A DNA stretch of 64,000 nt from Nitrospirales bacterium (lineage in GTDB: Bacteria > Nitrospirota > Nitrospiria > Nitrospirales > UBA8639), in the NCBI GenBank assembly GCA_965203295.1, contig CBDBCZ010000018.1, positions 416,001-480,000 on the forward strand, read 5' to 3'. This document shows, in pieces, positions 36,411 through 48,900 of this stretch. A model generated the notes under the pieces. That model had not been told where the DNA came from and searched no databases. It saw only the letters and a program-made list of their open reading frames with translations. Position 1 is the stretch's first letter, and each line of letters begins with the position of its first letter. Made by a program: the position numbers and the translations under genes.

Positions 36411-38853
36411 ATTAAATTTAACAGTGGCTCTAAAAGGAACCCACCCCGTTTCTCCAAATAATCCAACGATTGGGCAAGCCTTCTCCACCCCCAGAAAAAA
36501 TCTTAAGGCTTTATATTGTAATGTACTCCTGTTGCTGCTTTCTCTTTGACACGGGTTAACCAAGAAGGCACAGTTGAACTCATTCAGCTAGTCGGGTTGC
36601 ACCTTCCATCATCTGCTAAGGGTGCTCGGTCACTATACAAGTTGAAGCAAATGTTTGCTGAAATGTTTGACGACATGCAAGCTGATTCACACCACTACTG
36701 TTCGGCATGCTACAGCCCGCTAGATGCTGGTGAAAGGTGCTCTGATAGCCGCTGTGGAGGTGCACGTGTGGGCAGGTTTGTTTCTGTACCGATTGCTGCA
36801 CAACTGAAGCACAAAGTTGAAGGTATGTACATGTAATATCATTTAATGGCATGTTACGGCATACTCTATGTCACCTTAGTATGAAATTTGTCACTTTAGA
36901 TCCGACAACGTTGTTACAGCAACGGTTTGAGCATGCCCCCGATGAGTGCATCCATGATATTTACGATGGGGAAGAGTATCGTCAGTATACAAGGCCAGGT
37001 GGTTTTCTTTCATCAAGGATCCCTGCAAATGTGTCCCTGGCTTTAAATACTGATGGAGTTGCTCTCTACAAGTCTTCCAAATTTAGCTTCCAAAGTTAGC
37101 TTCTGGCCAGTCTGGCTGGTTATCAATACTAATGTAAGTATTCTTGCAAAGAGAAATATGCTGTTGGCTGGGCTGTGGTATGATTTGCAGCACCCCCCAT
37201 GCATACCTATCTGAAGCCAATACTGGACTCTCTGAACCATTTGTGTGCTGATGGTAAGTTCACATGGAAATTGTAATGGACTTGTACTGATTGGGACATG
37301 ATACTTCCTATTGGCAGGAATCATTGTGACTACACCAGCTGGTGTCATGACCATGCGTGCCATGGCACTTGTGATGTCAGCAGATCTGCCAGCGAAGGCA
37401 CTGGTGCTAGAAATGAAAAACCACAATCGGCAGCATGCCTGCCCCCTCTGTGAGTCGAAGGGTGCGACTCTTCCCGGAGACCATCTCCATCGCTACTGGC
37501 CTGCTGATTTAAACCCTATCGCACTTATGAAACCATGATAGAATATGCCACAAACGCTATTGTGGAAGGACATGCAGTGAGTTTCAGTGTACTTGTATTA
37601 ATCAATTGGAATAAATACTACAGTTCTCTCTAACATACCACTATAGGTTAAGGGTGTTAAAGGGGCCTCCATACTGGCTATGCACCCAGGAGTCAATCTG
37701 GGCAAAAGCATAGCCATTGACGTTCTGCATGATGTCTACCTTGGCGTCATGAAGCTGCTCATGGGATACTGGTTCGACAGACAAAGGACTGCAGTATTCA
37801 CCAGCAGGTATAGCGTTTGTACTTGTCCACTATTGTGTAATGATTTATCAAGGATTCTTCAAACAGCTGGCATTATGCCAGGAAAGGTTGCAGTCAGTGA
37901 GAGTGCCCAGATCACCAGAAGACCAGGCATCATCAGCAAGTATAAAGACTGGAAAGGTATATGTATAGATTGTGCACACTTTTTGTTCATTATTTTTATT
38001 TTAAAATTATATAGGAAATCAGATACGAGCCTGGAGGCTATACTCTAGTATTCCAGTTGTGGCTGGAATCCTCCCACTCCCCTACCTCCACCACTACTCT
38101 TTGTTGGTGGCTGGCCTCCACCTCCTTTCTACGGATGTGATTTCCGAAAAGGACTTGCAAGATGCAGAGACTTTGCTCAGCGGTTTTTGCAGGAATCTGG
38201 AAGACCTTTATGGTGTGTACTAGCCTTTTAATTATACAATTCTAAAAAGGATGCCAACCCTTTCTATTGCTTTTTCTCTATAAGCCCATTCCTCTCTTTT
38301 TGTTGTCCTTACTTGTCATCTACACATATTCAAAGCCCAAGTCATCAAGGCACATCTTTTGACACATTACCCAACGGTGGCACATCTGGCTCGCGAGATT
38401 TTTGCCACGCATCTCCTGAATCGTAGTATATCACGCAACTGCCACATGCTATCGCGATAGTCCACCGCGCTATTAACAGCTGAATCGCGATTTCTTCTCA
38501 CTTGTGATAGGTGTCAGCGATCCGCGATGCACTTTATTGGATCGCGACGCTATCGCGCTAAATCACGATTTATCGGGATTTATCGTAATAATTTTCACTT
38601 GGGTTAGCTGTTTTAGAGAACTGAGGGATGCTCCCTATAATCACCGAAAGCAAAGCATCCCTAAACAGCTAAGATACCTGCCTGAGGGCACTAACTAGCT
38701 TAGAGTGTGGTTTTCTGCTTCTATATGAAATGTGGAATTAATATTTTTTGAAGGAGTGTAGTGATTTTGAAGACCTTACTAAATTCAGTACATCAAAGCA
38801 TATTATGCATACCACAGTCTAATTTTGCTCATTTTAATTTTCTGTCCTCACTG

Positions 38854-38910
<57 letters not shown>

Positions 38911-39625
38911 TGCATACACGCACAACATATTTACCTCTCTGAACGGAGAATGCTCTTGCTCTTGCAGTTATGACGCTAGCAGTTGTCCTAGATTGTACAC
39001 CTGTCATTCCAGCCCTGCCTGGCTGAGAGTTCTAGGAGAGCCACCACCTGAATCAGTAAAGTTGCACTGACAGATAATAACTACAGACACAAATACAGAG
39101 TCACGTATATGCACAGTGACAGACTGAGATTGAGAGAGCTAGGAGCATACAGAGAGATGGGGACATGCACAGACAGACAGACGGACAGACACACTGTCTT
39201 ACCATTCTGCATGGGAACTGGTCCTCATCCACAAGAAGCTCTATTTTTGTGATCAAAGACTTCAGTTGTTCCACACAGCTAGAGCGAGTGCTGACGATGT
39301 GGCGACACTGACTGGTAGCGACGGTGTCACCGAGGGCAAGAGACTGATCGGCGTGACAGCCGTTGGCATGACTGTTCGTGTAACTCAAAGAATGAAGTTT
39401 TGAGAACAGCCACTCACATCAAGCCGATCATGTGAGACCTTGCTTTATAAGGCTTTATTGAGCCGCTGGTTATCTGCATATTCACACTGTAGTGGAGGGA
39501 GAACAAAGTGACTTATCATTACACGTGCCCAAATATAGAGCCTGACAGATGGATCACATTTGGGCTCATACAAACTCAAAAGGGAATCCAGACTTAGAGT
39601 AGAGGGTTGTTACGTCTTTATTTCA

Positions 39626-41660
39626 ATGGAAAAGGGTGTGGAATTTACAGTTCAGTGCGAGGAGAGTGGTGGTCAGGTGTTAGATAAGGAGAGTGACGGC
39701 CGGGTGTCCATTATGTTCGCAGTTCAGTGTGAGGAGAGTGGCAGTCAGGTGCCCAACACAGCAGACAGCAGTTGTACCGTGAAGCGTAAGGAGCCAGAGA
39801 GCAGTGGTCAGGTCACGAGAATCTGCAAGAAGGGGAAGTGCGAGAAGTGTGGAAAACACAAGGCACCTGTAAGTACTAATTATGTTTTTTATATTACTTT
39901 CAAGAAGTTGTACATGTATTTAACCCTTTGAGCGCGGTACTTGATTATTCATAACTTCCGCGTCACGCGGAAGCCAATTTAATTTTTGTCTACATTGCAT
40001 GTGCTCGCAGTTTTGTAGAGTTGTAGGCTATTTTCCGTGCTGAACGGCAACACTGCAAGCCAGGAAGTGTAAAACTATCGTTGTTTAGTGTGTAGCTGGT
40101 GTACTAAAGTCCCTATTAATGCAGAAGAGCGAATACAAACGGCAGCACTAAGGCTAACCTTGGTAGTCGCCATTTTCTTGTGTCTGTCCCCTCAACTACA
40201 GTGGTGAGTCGCTTCTGTTACTTCGTGCCGGTTCTGTTACTAAGTGCTGGATCTGTACCTAAGGCCTAGTGCTCTGACTGCAGCCATACTCGGCGTTTTT
40301 GGCTTCAAAAGCCTTGTAGACGCTACCCGCGCCTTTGCCGCGTACTAACTGTGCTACACAACTAAGCGTCAAGTGAACGCTTCGAACGACTTGTGACGGG
40401 GGTGGAGCTTTAGATCGATTGCTAAAGACCGTAGGGTTATCCCCCTAAAGTGTCACGCGTGCCATTTTCTTGTGTCTGTCCCCTCAACTACAGTGGTGAG
40501 TCGCTTCTGTTACTTCGTGCCGGTTCTGTTACTAAGTGCTGGATCTGTACCTAAGGCCTAGTGCTCTGACTGCAGCCATACTCGGCGTTTTTGGCTTCAA
40601 AAGCCTTGTAGACGCTACCCGCGCCTTTGCCGCGTACTAACTGTGCTACACAACTAAGCGTCAAGTGAACGCTTCGAACGACTTGTGACGGGGGTGGAGC
40701 TTTAGATCGATTGCTAAAGACCGTAGGGTTATCCCCCTAAAGTGTCACGCGTGCCATAAAATTGGAAAGGTCTGACCCGTAGCACTTATTACGGCGAGCG
40801 TATATATACGCTCAAAAATTACTTCCGCGTATCGCGGCGAGCATATATACACGCTCGCCGCGATACGCGGAAGTAATTTTTGAGCGTATATATACGCTCG
40901 CCGCGTTCAAAGGGTTAAAACTGCATGACTAACATTGCACAGCATGTCACCATAGTTATTGGGCTGGGGAAGAGCCTACATGTGCATGTGTTTAGGACTA
41001 CCCATTTCTTTTACAGACTAGTGAGCAGGCAACAAGAAAACATGTTGCACGGAAATCTGGTGTACATAGAACTACAGCTACATGTACCCTTCCAGTCCAA
41101 GTAAGTGAACCTTCAGGGGTGTCACCACGTGTCATACTTTTTATCAGACATGGCGACTACTTCTACAGGGCTCACACATCAGAAGGGAAGGTGTTGACTC
41201 GGTGCGGGGAAAATGCAGGCAAAACGCACGGCCACTGCTCTGAGGGCCATGAATGAAATACCCACAGTTACAAAAACTAATAACGTCAACCATGGTCTGG
41301 GCAAAACAAACCGCTGCTATCATTCATGAGAAATACTCCAATGTTCCTCTTGAGGAAGATGAATACTTACACAGGAAGGAGATCCAGAGAAAACCCATAA
41401 CATGGAACGATTCGGGCGTATGTTTAAAGTACTTCGTACCTGCAGGACAGAGTCCAGTCACAAACATCATTGTGTGCCATGCAAATATCATTCTGTTTCT
41501 TTTTTGTAAAGCCCTCGAAGTAGATAGTGGAGGGAAATTACTTTATCACACTGCAGTGTTACTGGTATAACAATTCGCCCATCTTATGCAATGTAAATCA
41601 ATTTTGTTGGAAGTTGTACTCATTTTTATGACGTTGCACTGTACTTTCGGTAAAAAATGT
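39626..41660 (+). pseudogene. PGAM5-like histidine phosphatase, copy A, two exons (39626-39868; 41017-~41660), frameshifted
   Basis: Exon 1 (81 codons) splices in frame via GTAAGT..TTTTACAG to ..PRVILFIRHGDY (RHG 41146-41154)..VLTRCGE/MQAKRTATAL..LITSTMVWAKQTA..QEGDP..IIVCHANII..CKAL..ITLSHCSVTGITIRP. Motif order matches the PGAM5 catalytic domain. Confidence 0.72.
39924..40914. mobile_element. piggyBac-type non-autonomous element, family B, in the PGAM5-like intron
   Basis: TTAA at 39920-39923 and 40915-40918; TIRs CCCTTTGAGCGCGG / CCCTTTGAACGCGG; internal ~291-bp tandem duplication (~40169-40755). The paralog at ~24585 lacks the insert. Confidence 0.92.
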
Positions 41661-43179
41661 AATTTCCCATTTAAACACTGAGGTGGACTAGTCGATTGCA
41701 ATGCTGTAGTAGCATGATCGCGTTATTGGAATCTGAAGAGTAAGTATTCTTATCCTACAATTCTGAAAGGCAAGGGTGCCTATAGATTTGTTACCCATGA
41801 GTCTACTTACATGCAGTGGTGGCTTCGACTTGCTGCCAAGCTTGGGTACCGAGTTTGGAGTGGAGGAAAGGTTTTGTTAACCAATCGATTTAATGCACAC
41901 CACACTTTAATTAATGCACTCACAACACTCAGTTTTATGGCACAATTTGCGGTAAAATAGGACAGGTTTGTACACCAAGCAAAAATACTCAATCACATTT
42001 TAGATCAAAATTATCCAGCATATTATACTTTAAAGGAATTAAAAAAGTGGTTGGTGAATTGTGCGGCTGATAAATACTGAATATATGATGATCAGCGAGA
42101 TCAGTTTGATTGATACCAATTGGCCTTACCGCGAGGCAATTAATCTTGCAGGTATCTTAGCCAAAGGGTTAAGCAAAAGATCTCAGAGCGCTTTCATTAG
42201 ACGGATATCCAAGTAGCTGAAGTGAGGATGGCACTGTACCACAGTTTCACTGCCCAGGATGGCTGTGTATGCCTTTCAGACGTTCATGACACAAAGCCCA
42301 GCAGTTCTGAGTGCCCTGACATTACTTCTCCAGTTGCACTCTTGGTTAGAAGCCACTGTCTTGCACCACGTGGTACTAGGAATTTGCAATTTTTCAGTCC
42401 GCATACCAGCGCGCGTATCTCGGAGACTGCCTCCGGTACATATCTAGTTTTCGCATATTCTGTAGCCCTATTCAAGTGCTTTCGAATGGTACCAGTTTTG
42501 TGCAGCTCAGGGGGGGCGAACAAAAATGTACTAAGAAAAACCGCACCCCTCTCGCGCGAAGCACGATCGAACTGCCCGTACAAAACGGCTTCTGTAGGCC
42601 AAGTGGTAAGCGCCTGTAACTTGAGACGTGGGATGTAAATAGCAGAGGTATAGGCCTACAAAACCGCTGGCAAACCAGGCGCGTCCAGCTGCTGACTTCG
42701 TGGTACTAGGTCTTGCAAACACACTGGAAGCTATAGTTCCGTTAATTAAACGCTGGAATTTTTTAACGTATACACTTTCCGTTCCTTCAATATCGTATAC
42801 TGCCATCTGCGGAACGACTGTAACTGCAGCTGCAGAACTACAAATATCCTAACCCTAACCCTAATACAGTTCAGCGAAAGTGCTGACTCGGCAGTTTTTT
42901 TTACAGCTGCCTACCAAGTTTTTGCCATCTAGGCAACACACAACTACCTTCCTTTGCTGTAGCTTCGCCTGCAAACTGCCAAAAGCTGCTTATATACTGC
43001 AGTTGCATAGTAATGTATGACATTTATAGTGCATGTGATAAATGCGGATGCACAAACAGATATTATAGGAAACGTAACAGTCATTCGCATGCTCCAGCTG
43101 GTAAAGATTGAGTACAATCTCCCATTTTATTATTTTTTTATGACGTGTTAGCAGTTCTGCATCAATAAAATTTGAACTA

Positions 43180-43680
43180 CTGTCTAGAAGGAAATTTTAG
43201 CTAGGAAGAAAATTCACCAAATGCAGTTGCGAAGTATTGTGGAAAATATTTGCCAGTTTTATTGTTGCATACGCCTACAAAGTTTTTAACGTGCATGCAG
43301 TTGAGCCTAAATCACAAGAGAAAACCTGGTTCGTAGAGATTGAAGATTGCTTAAGATTGCCACCATTGCCTCCGTTTGTCAATGCTCAGTAGCAAGGTCA
43401 GCAGTAGAGTCAAGCTTGCAGTCTAGCAGCGAGGCTAGTCCTCGGTGCAGTATAGCCAACTTAATTCGTGGACCATTTCTATGAACGGGCTCTGAAACAA
43501 CTACTTACAAGGTTTAAGTAATCTCCCTGCGACGTTGCATAACTTGTAAGTATCTTAGTAGTCATGATTTATTTGGCAGAAACAGTTTTCATAAAAATTT
43601 ACCGGTTTAAGTATTGCCGCTAGAACCAATTGGCAAAATTGGCGAAATTTTACCCGTGGCAAAATTTCCTTGCTATACAG
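43180..43680. mobile_element. TA-flanked MITE (Tc1/mariner-pogo type)
   Basis: Imperfect TIRs CTGTCTAGAAGGAAATTTT / CTGTATAGCAAGGAAATTTT with TA on both sides. Confidence 0.65.
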
Positions 43681-44886
43681 TACAGGCTGTTTTACGATGT
43701 GACATAGGCAAAACAGATGCTCTTTGTTCATCTCCATACACGTACGTAAGTACAACGTTCATGCATACTAAGTTTACATAAATGTGTGCCGAGCGTGTGC
43801 ATCTATGGATGTTCAGCATGCATCTATGGAGGTTCAGCACACAACTATGGCCGTTCATTGTTGTGACAGGTAAAATAGATGCTCTTTGTTCATCTCCATA
43901 CATGTATGTACAACGTTCATGCATACTAAGCCTCCATAGATGCATGCTGAACCTCCATAGATGTGCGATCAGCGCGCATCTATGAAGGTTCAGCATGCAT
44001 CTATGGAGTTCAGCACAACTATGGCAGTTTATTGGATGTGACAGGCAAAACAGATGCATTTTGTTCGTCTCCATACACGTATGTACAACGTTCATGCATA
44101 CTAAGCCTCTATAAATGTGTGCTGAACTTCCATACTTGTGTACTGAACCACTATAGATGTGTGATCATCAGCATGCATCTATGGAGGTTCAGCATGCATC
44201 TATGGCGGCTCAGCACACAACTATGACAGTTCATTTGATATGACAGGTAAAACAAATTCTCTTCGTTCATCTCCATTCATGTATGTACGACCCTGCATAC
44301 TAAGCTCCCATATATGTGTGCTGAACCTTCATATAGATGCATGCTGATCAGCGCACATCTGTGGAGGTTCAGCACACAACTATGGCAGTTTATTTTTGTG
44401 ACAGGCAAAACAGATGCCATTTGTTCATCTCCATATGCGTATGTACAATGTTCATGCATACTAAGCCTTTGTAGACGCATGCTGAACTTCCATACTTGCG
44501 TGCTGAGCCTCCATAGGTGTGATCATCAGTACACATCTAAGGAGGTCCAGCACGCATCTATGGAGGTTCACCACACAACTATGGCAGTTCATTTGATGTG
44601 ACAGGCAAAACAGATGCTCTGTTCAGCTCCATACATGTATGTACAACGTTCATGCATACTAAGCCTCCATAGATGTGCTTAACTTCAATACTTGTGTGAA
44701 CTTCCATAGAAGCGTGATCATCAGCACACATCGATGGAGGTTCAGCGCGCATCTGTTGAGGAGGTTGAGCACACAACTGTAGTATCGTGGCTCGGCGGTT
44801 GCTGGCCCTGAGGCTGTGCATTCTGGACTCGAAATTCTAACTGACTTTGCTCTGAAACTGTTCTATCACACTAAAACATACAGGTA

Positions 44887-45975
44887 TAGATAGATAGATA
44901 GATAGATAGATATTTTTAAGTCTCGCTACAAAGCAGCAGGCCAAACTTGGCCTATGAGACTGGGCAGTTACATAGCAGGCAGCGTTACATAGATCAAAGT
45001 TCAATCATTCCTTTGTTCCAGACCTAGTTGTATTAGCAACAGGACTGGGGGATATAGGAGTCCACCTCCACGAATGATTCGTATTGCCTCTTCTAATCCT
45101 TAGGCCAGGAACTCCATCCTGTACTTTGTAGCAGTCTTTCCTTGCAAGCCTTATCTTTCTAAGTTCATCACAACTCTCTTCTGAACTTGACTCCAAATCT
45201 TTTTTCTTCAAAGTACGCTTTTTCTTTCTTCTAATGACTGGGGTCCATTCTTCACTGCCTCTCGAGTATTTCACACCTGGTACATCGTTCTGCATTTCGT
45301 ATCGAACTGAGTCACATTGAAAAAGATCAAGGGGGACTTCATCAGCCTGATCAGACACAGGTATAGCTGTGACGCTAGCTTAAGAATTTCCAGCACGCTT
45401 CAAGATGCAAGGGGTAGTAGTAACACATGGTGGGTGGGCATCATCTAGAGTAGCGGGTGGAGGACGACTAGATTGTACCTGAGCTGAAGATCCAGGTAGC
45501 TGAACACTACTAGGAGGACAGGAGGGAGTCGCTTTCGTTCTTCGCCTAGGCTTACGACGCTTCTTCGATACACGGACGGGCTGTTTCACACCTCTATCGC
45601 TGCTTTGCTGGTCTGGCCAGAAAAGGCTCACCGAGAAACCCAAATTTGTCTGCTTCGCAGTCCATTGAGCCTGCTCCAATGAAAGCTTACACTCCTGCAG
45701 TTGAATGCAGACAGATAAGGGCAGTCCAGCTTCCTGGAGACTCACGTAGTAACCCTCTATAACAGACACACGAATTCGGTCACCGGTCGCCATTTAATTT
45801 GGAGATGAAGAAAGAATTTGTTTTGCCAGTCAACAAATGAAACAGACAAATACTACCTACAAAAGAACGGACACATTCACTAAACAACAAAGACTACAAA
45901 ATGGAGAGGGGGTTTACGTAGAACAAAGACAAGTGTTAACTATCCATCAAAGCCTAACCTAATTGTCACTCTACT
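44887..45975 (-). mobile_element. Putative non-autonomous LINE-like element carrying only an ORF1-like gene and a LINE 3' tail
   Basis: ORF 45793-45005 (MATGDRIRVSV..GFSVSLFWP..; one in-frame stop at 45380-45382) is followed within ~50 bp by the same hairpin and (TCTA)n tail as the LINE at 28501-28568. No RT present. Confidence 0.55.
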
Positions 45976-48900
45976 ACAACTGTGGCAGTTCATTTGATGT
46001 GACAGGTAAAACAGATGCTTTTTGTTGATCTCCATACACATGTACGTTCATGCATACTAAGCCTCCATAAATGCGTGACGAACTTCCATACTTGCGTGCT
46101 GAACCGACATAGATGTGTGATCATCAGCACACATCTATGGAGGTTCAGCACGCATCTATGGCGGCTCAGCATACAACTATGGCAGTTCATTTGATATGAC
46201 AGGCAAACAAGTTCTTTGTTCATGTCCATACATGTATGTACGACCCTTCATACTATGCTTCCATGTAATGTGTGTTAAACTTCCACAGATGCATTCTGAT
46301 CAGCGCGCATCTGAGGAGGTTCAGCACACAACTATGGCAGTTAATTTTTGTGACAGGCAAAATACGCTATTTGTTCATCTCCATACACGTATGTACAATG
46401 TTCATGCATACTAAGCCTTTGTAGATGCATGCTGAACTTCCATACTTGCGTGCTGAACCTCTATAGAAGTGTGATTAGCACGCATCTATGGAGGAGGTTC
46501 AGCACACAACTATGGCAGTTCATTTGATGACAGGCAAAACAGATGCTCTTCGTCTCACATGTAAAACGTTCATGCATACTAAGCCTCCATAAATGCGTGC
46601 TGAATTTCCATACGTGCGTGCTGAACCGCCATAGATGTGTGATCATCAGCACACATCTATGAAGGTTCAGCACGCATCTATGGAATCTCAGCACAACTAT
46701 GGCAGTTCATTTGATGACAGGCAAAACAAATTCTTTGTTCATCTCCATACACGTATGTACGACCCTGCATACTAAGCTTCCATAATAATGTGTGCTGAAC
46801 CTTCACAGATGTATTCTGATCAGCGCGCATCTGTGGAGGTTCAGCAAACAACTATGGCAGTTAATTTTTGTGACAGGCAAAATAGATGCTATTTGTTAAT
46901 CTTCATGCGCAGGTACGATGTTCATGCATACTAAGCCTTTGTAGAGGCATACTGAACTTCCATACTTGCGTGCTGAACCTCTATAGGTGTAATCATCAGC
47001 ACACATCTAAGGGGGTTCAGCACGCATCTATGGAGGTTCAGCACACAACTATGGCAGTTCATTTGGTGTGACAGGCAAAACGGATGCTCTTCATCTCCAT
47101 ATACGTATGTACAACGTTCATGCATACTAAGCCTCCATAAATGCGTGCTGAATTTCTATACGTGCATGCTGAACCGCCATAGATGTGTGATCATCAGCAC
47201 ACATCTATGAAGGTTCAGCACGCATCTATGGAGGCTCAGCACACAACTATGGCAGTTCATTTGTTGACAGGCAAAACAAATTTTTTGTTCATCTCCATAC
47301 ACGTATGTACGACCCTGCATACTAAGCTTCCATAATGTGTGCTGAACCTTCACAGATGCATTCTGATCAGCGCGCATCTGTGGAGGTTCAGCACACAACT
47401 ATGGCAGTTAATTTTTGTGACAGGCAAAATAGACACTATTTGTTCATCTTCATATGCGTAGGTACGATGTTCATGCATACTAAGCCTTTGTAGAGGCATG
47501 CTGAACTTCCATACTTGCGTGCTGAACCTCTATAGGTGTAATCATCAGTACACATCTAAGGAGGTTCAGCACGCATCTATGGAGGTTCAGCACACCTATG
47601 GCAGTTAATTTGGTGTGAATGGCAAAACATGCTGTTCGTCTCATACACATATGTAAAACGTTCATGCATACTAAGCCTCCATAAATACGTGCTGAATTTC
47701 CATACGTGCTTGCTGAACCGCCATTGATGTGTGATCATCAGCACACATCTATGAAGGTTCAGCACGCATCTATGGAGGCTCAGCACACAACTATGGCAGT
47801 TCATTTGATGACAGGCAAAACAAATTCTTTGTTCATCTCCATACACGTATGTACGACCCTGCATACTAAGCTTCCATAATAATGTGTGCTGAACCTTCAC
47901 AGATGTATTCTGATCAGCGCGCATCTGTGGAGGTTCAGCAAACAACTATGGCAGTTAATTTATGTGACAGGCAAAATAGATGCTATTTGTTAATCTTCAT
48001 GCGCAGGTACGATGTTCATGCATACTAAGCCTTTGTAGAGGCATACTGAACTTCCAAACTTGCGTGCTGAACCTCTATAGGTGTAATCATCAGCACATAT
48101 CTAAGGGGGTTCAGCACGCATCTATGGAGGTTCAGCACACAACTATGGTAGTTCATTTGGTCTGAAAGGCAAAACGGATGCTCTTCATCTCCATATACGT
48201 ATGTACAATGTTCATGCATACTAAGCCTCCATAAATGAGTGCTGAATTTCTATACGTGCGTGCTGAACCGCCATAGATGTGTGATCATTAGCACACATCT
48301 ATGAAGGTTCAGCACGCATCTATGGAGGCTCAGCACACAACTATGGCAGTTCATTTGTTGACAGGCAAAACAAACTCTTTGTTCATCTCCATACACATAT
48401 GTACGACCCTGCATACTAAGCTTCCATAATGTGTGCTGAACCTTCACAGATGCATTCTGATCAGCGCGCATCTGTGGAGGTTCAGCACACAACTATGGCA
48501 GTTGATTTTTGTGACAGGCAAAATAGACACTATTTGTTCATCTTCATATGCGTAGGTACGATGTTCATGCATACTAAGCCTTTGTAGAGGCATGCTGAAC
48601 TTCCATACTTGCGTGCTGAACCTCTATAGGTGTAATCATCAGTACACATCTAAGGAGGTTCAGCACGCATCTATGGAGGCTCAGCACACAACTATGGCAG
48701 TTCATTTGGTGTGAACGGCAAAACATGCTGTTCGTCTCATACACGTATGTAAAACGTTCATGCATACTAAGCCTCTATAAATACGTGCTGAATTTCCATA
48801 CGTTCTTGCTGAACCGCCATTGATGTGTGATCATCAGCACACATCTATGAAGGTTCAGCACGCATCTATGGAGGCTCAGCACACAACTATGGCAGTTCAT

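Larger units (their letters stand above)
28501..36522 (-). mobile_element. 5'-truncated LINE (ORF2 C-terminus at 36415-36522 and 30325-31009; 3' UTR 28501-29688 ending in a hairpin and (TCTA)n tail)
   Basis: LQYKALRFFLGVEKACPIVGLFGETGWVPFRATVKFN|ILKFHCRLLEM..LRCGCLPLEVESGRY..RICQICQKGVGDECHFLNSC. The frame rejoins once the 31010-36410 insert is removed. Confidence 0.85.
28324..38215 (+). mobile_element. Intron-containing EnSpm/CACTA (Transposase_21-type) transposase split by nested insertions; coding parts 28324-28500 and ~36523-38215
   Basis: ..PLYEGANIAVSDSY joins VLLLLLSL*HGLTKKA..ELIQLVGLHLP, then HYCSAC..C..C, DIYDGEEY, LALNTDGVALYKSSK, WPVWL, ADLPAKA..CPLC, VKGVKG, IDVLHDVYLGV, KDWK, YLHHYSLLVAGL, LEDLYG. 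Confidence 0.85.

Noticed and set aside
38330..38606. MITE with CCCAAG..CTTGGG ends
   Set aside because: Inverted match is too short and the left boundary is ambiguous.
42120..42172. Lone piggyBac-like end (..CAAAGGG-TTAA); similar palindromes GACGCCTATAGGCGTC at ~3886-3945
   Set aside because: No matching opposite terminus identified.
42222..42806. Overlapping 90-140-aa ORFs
   Set aside because: No recognisable motif in any frame.
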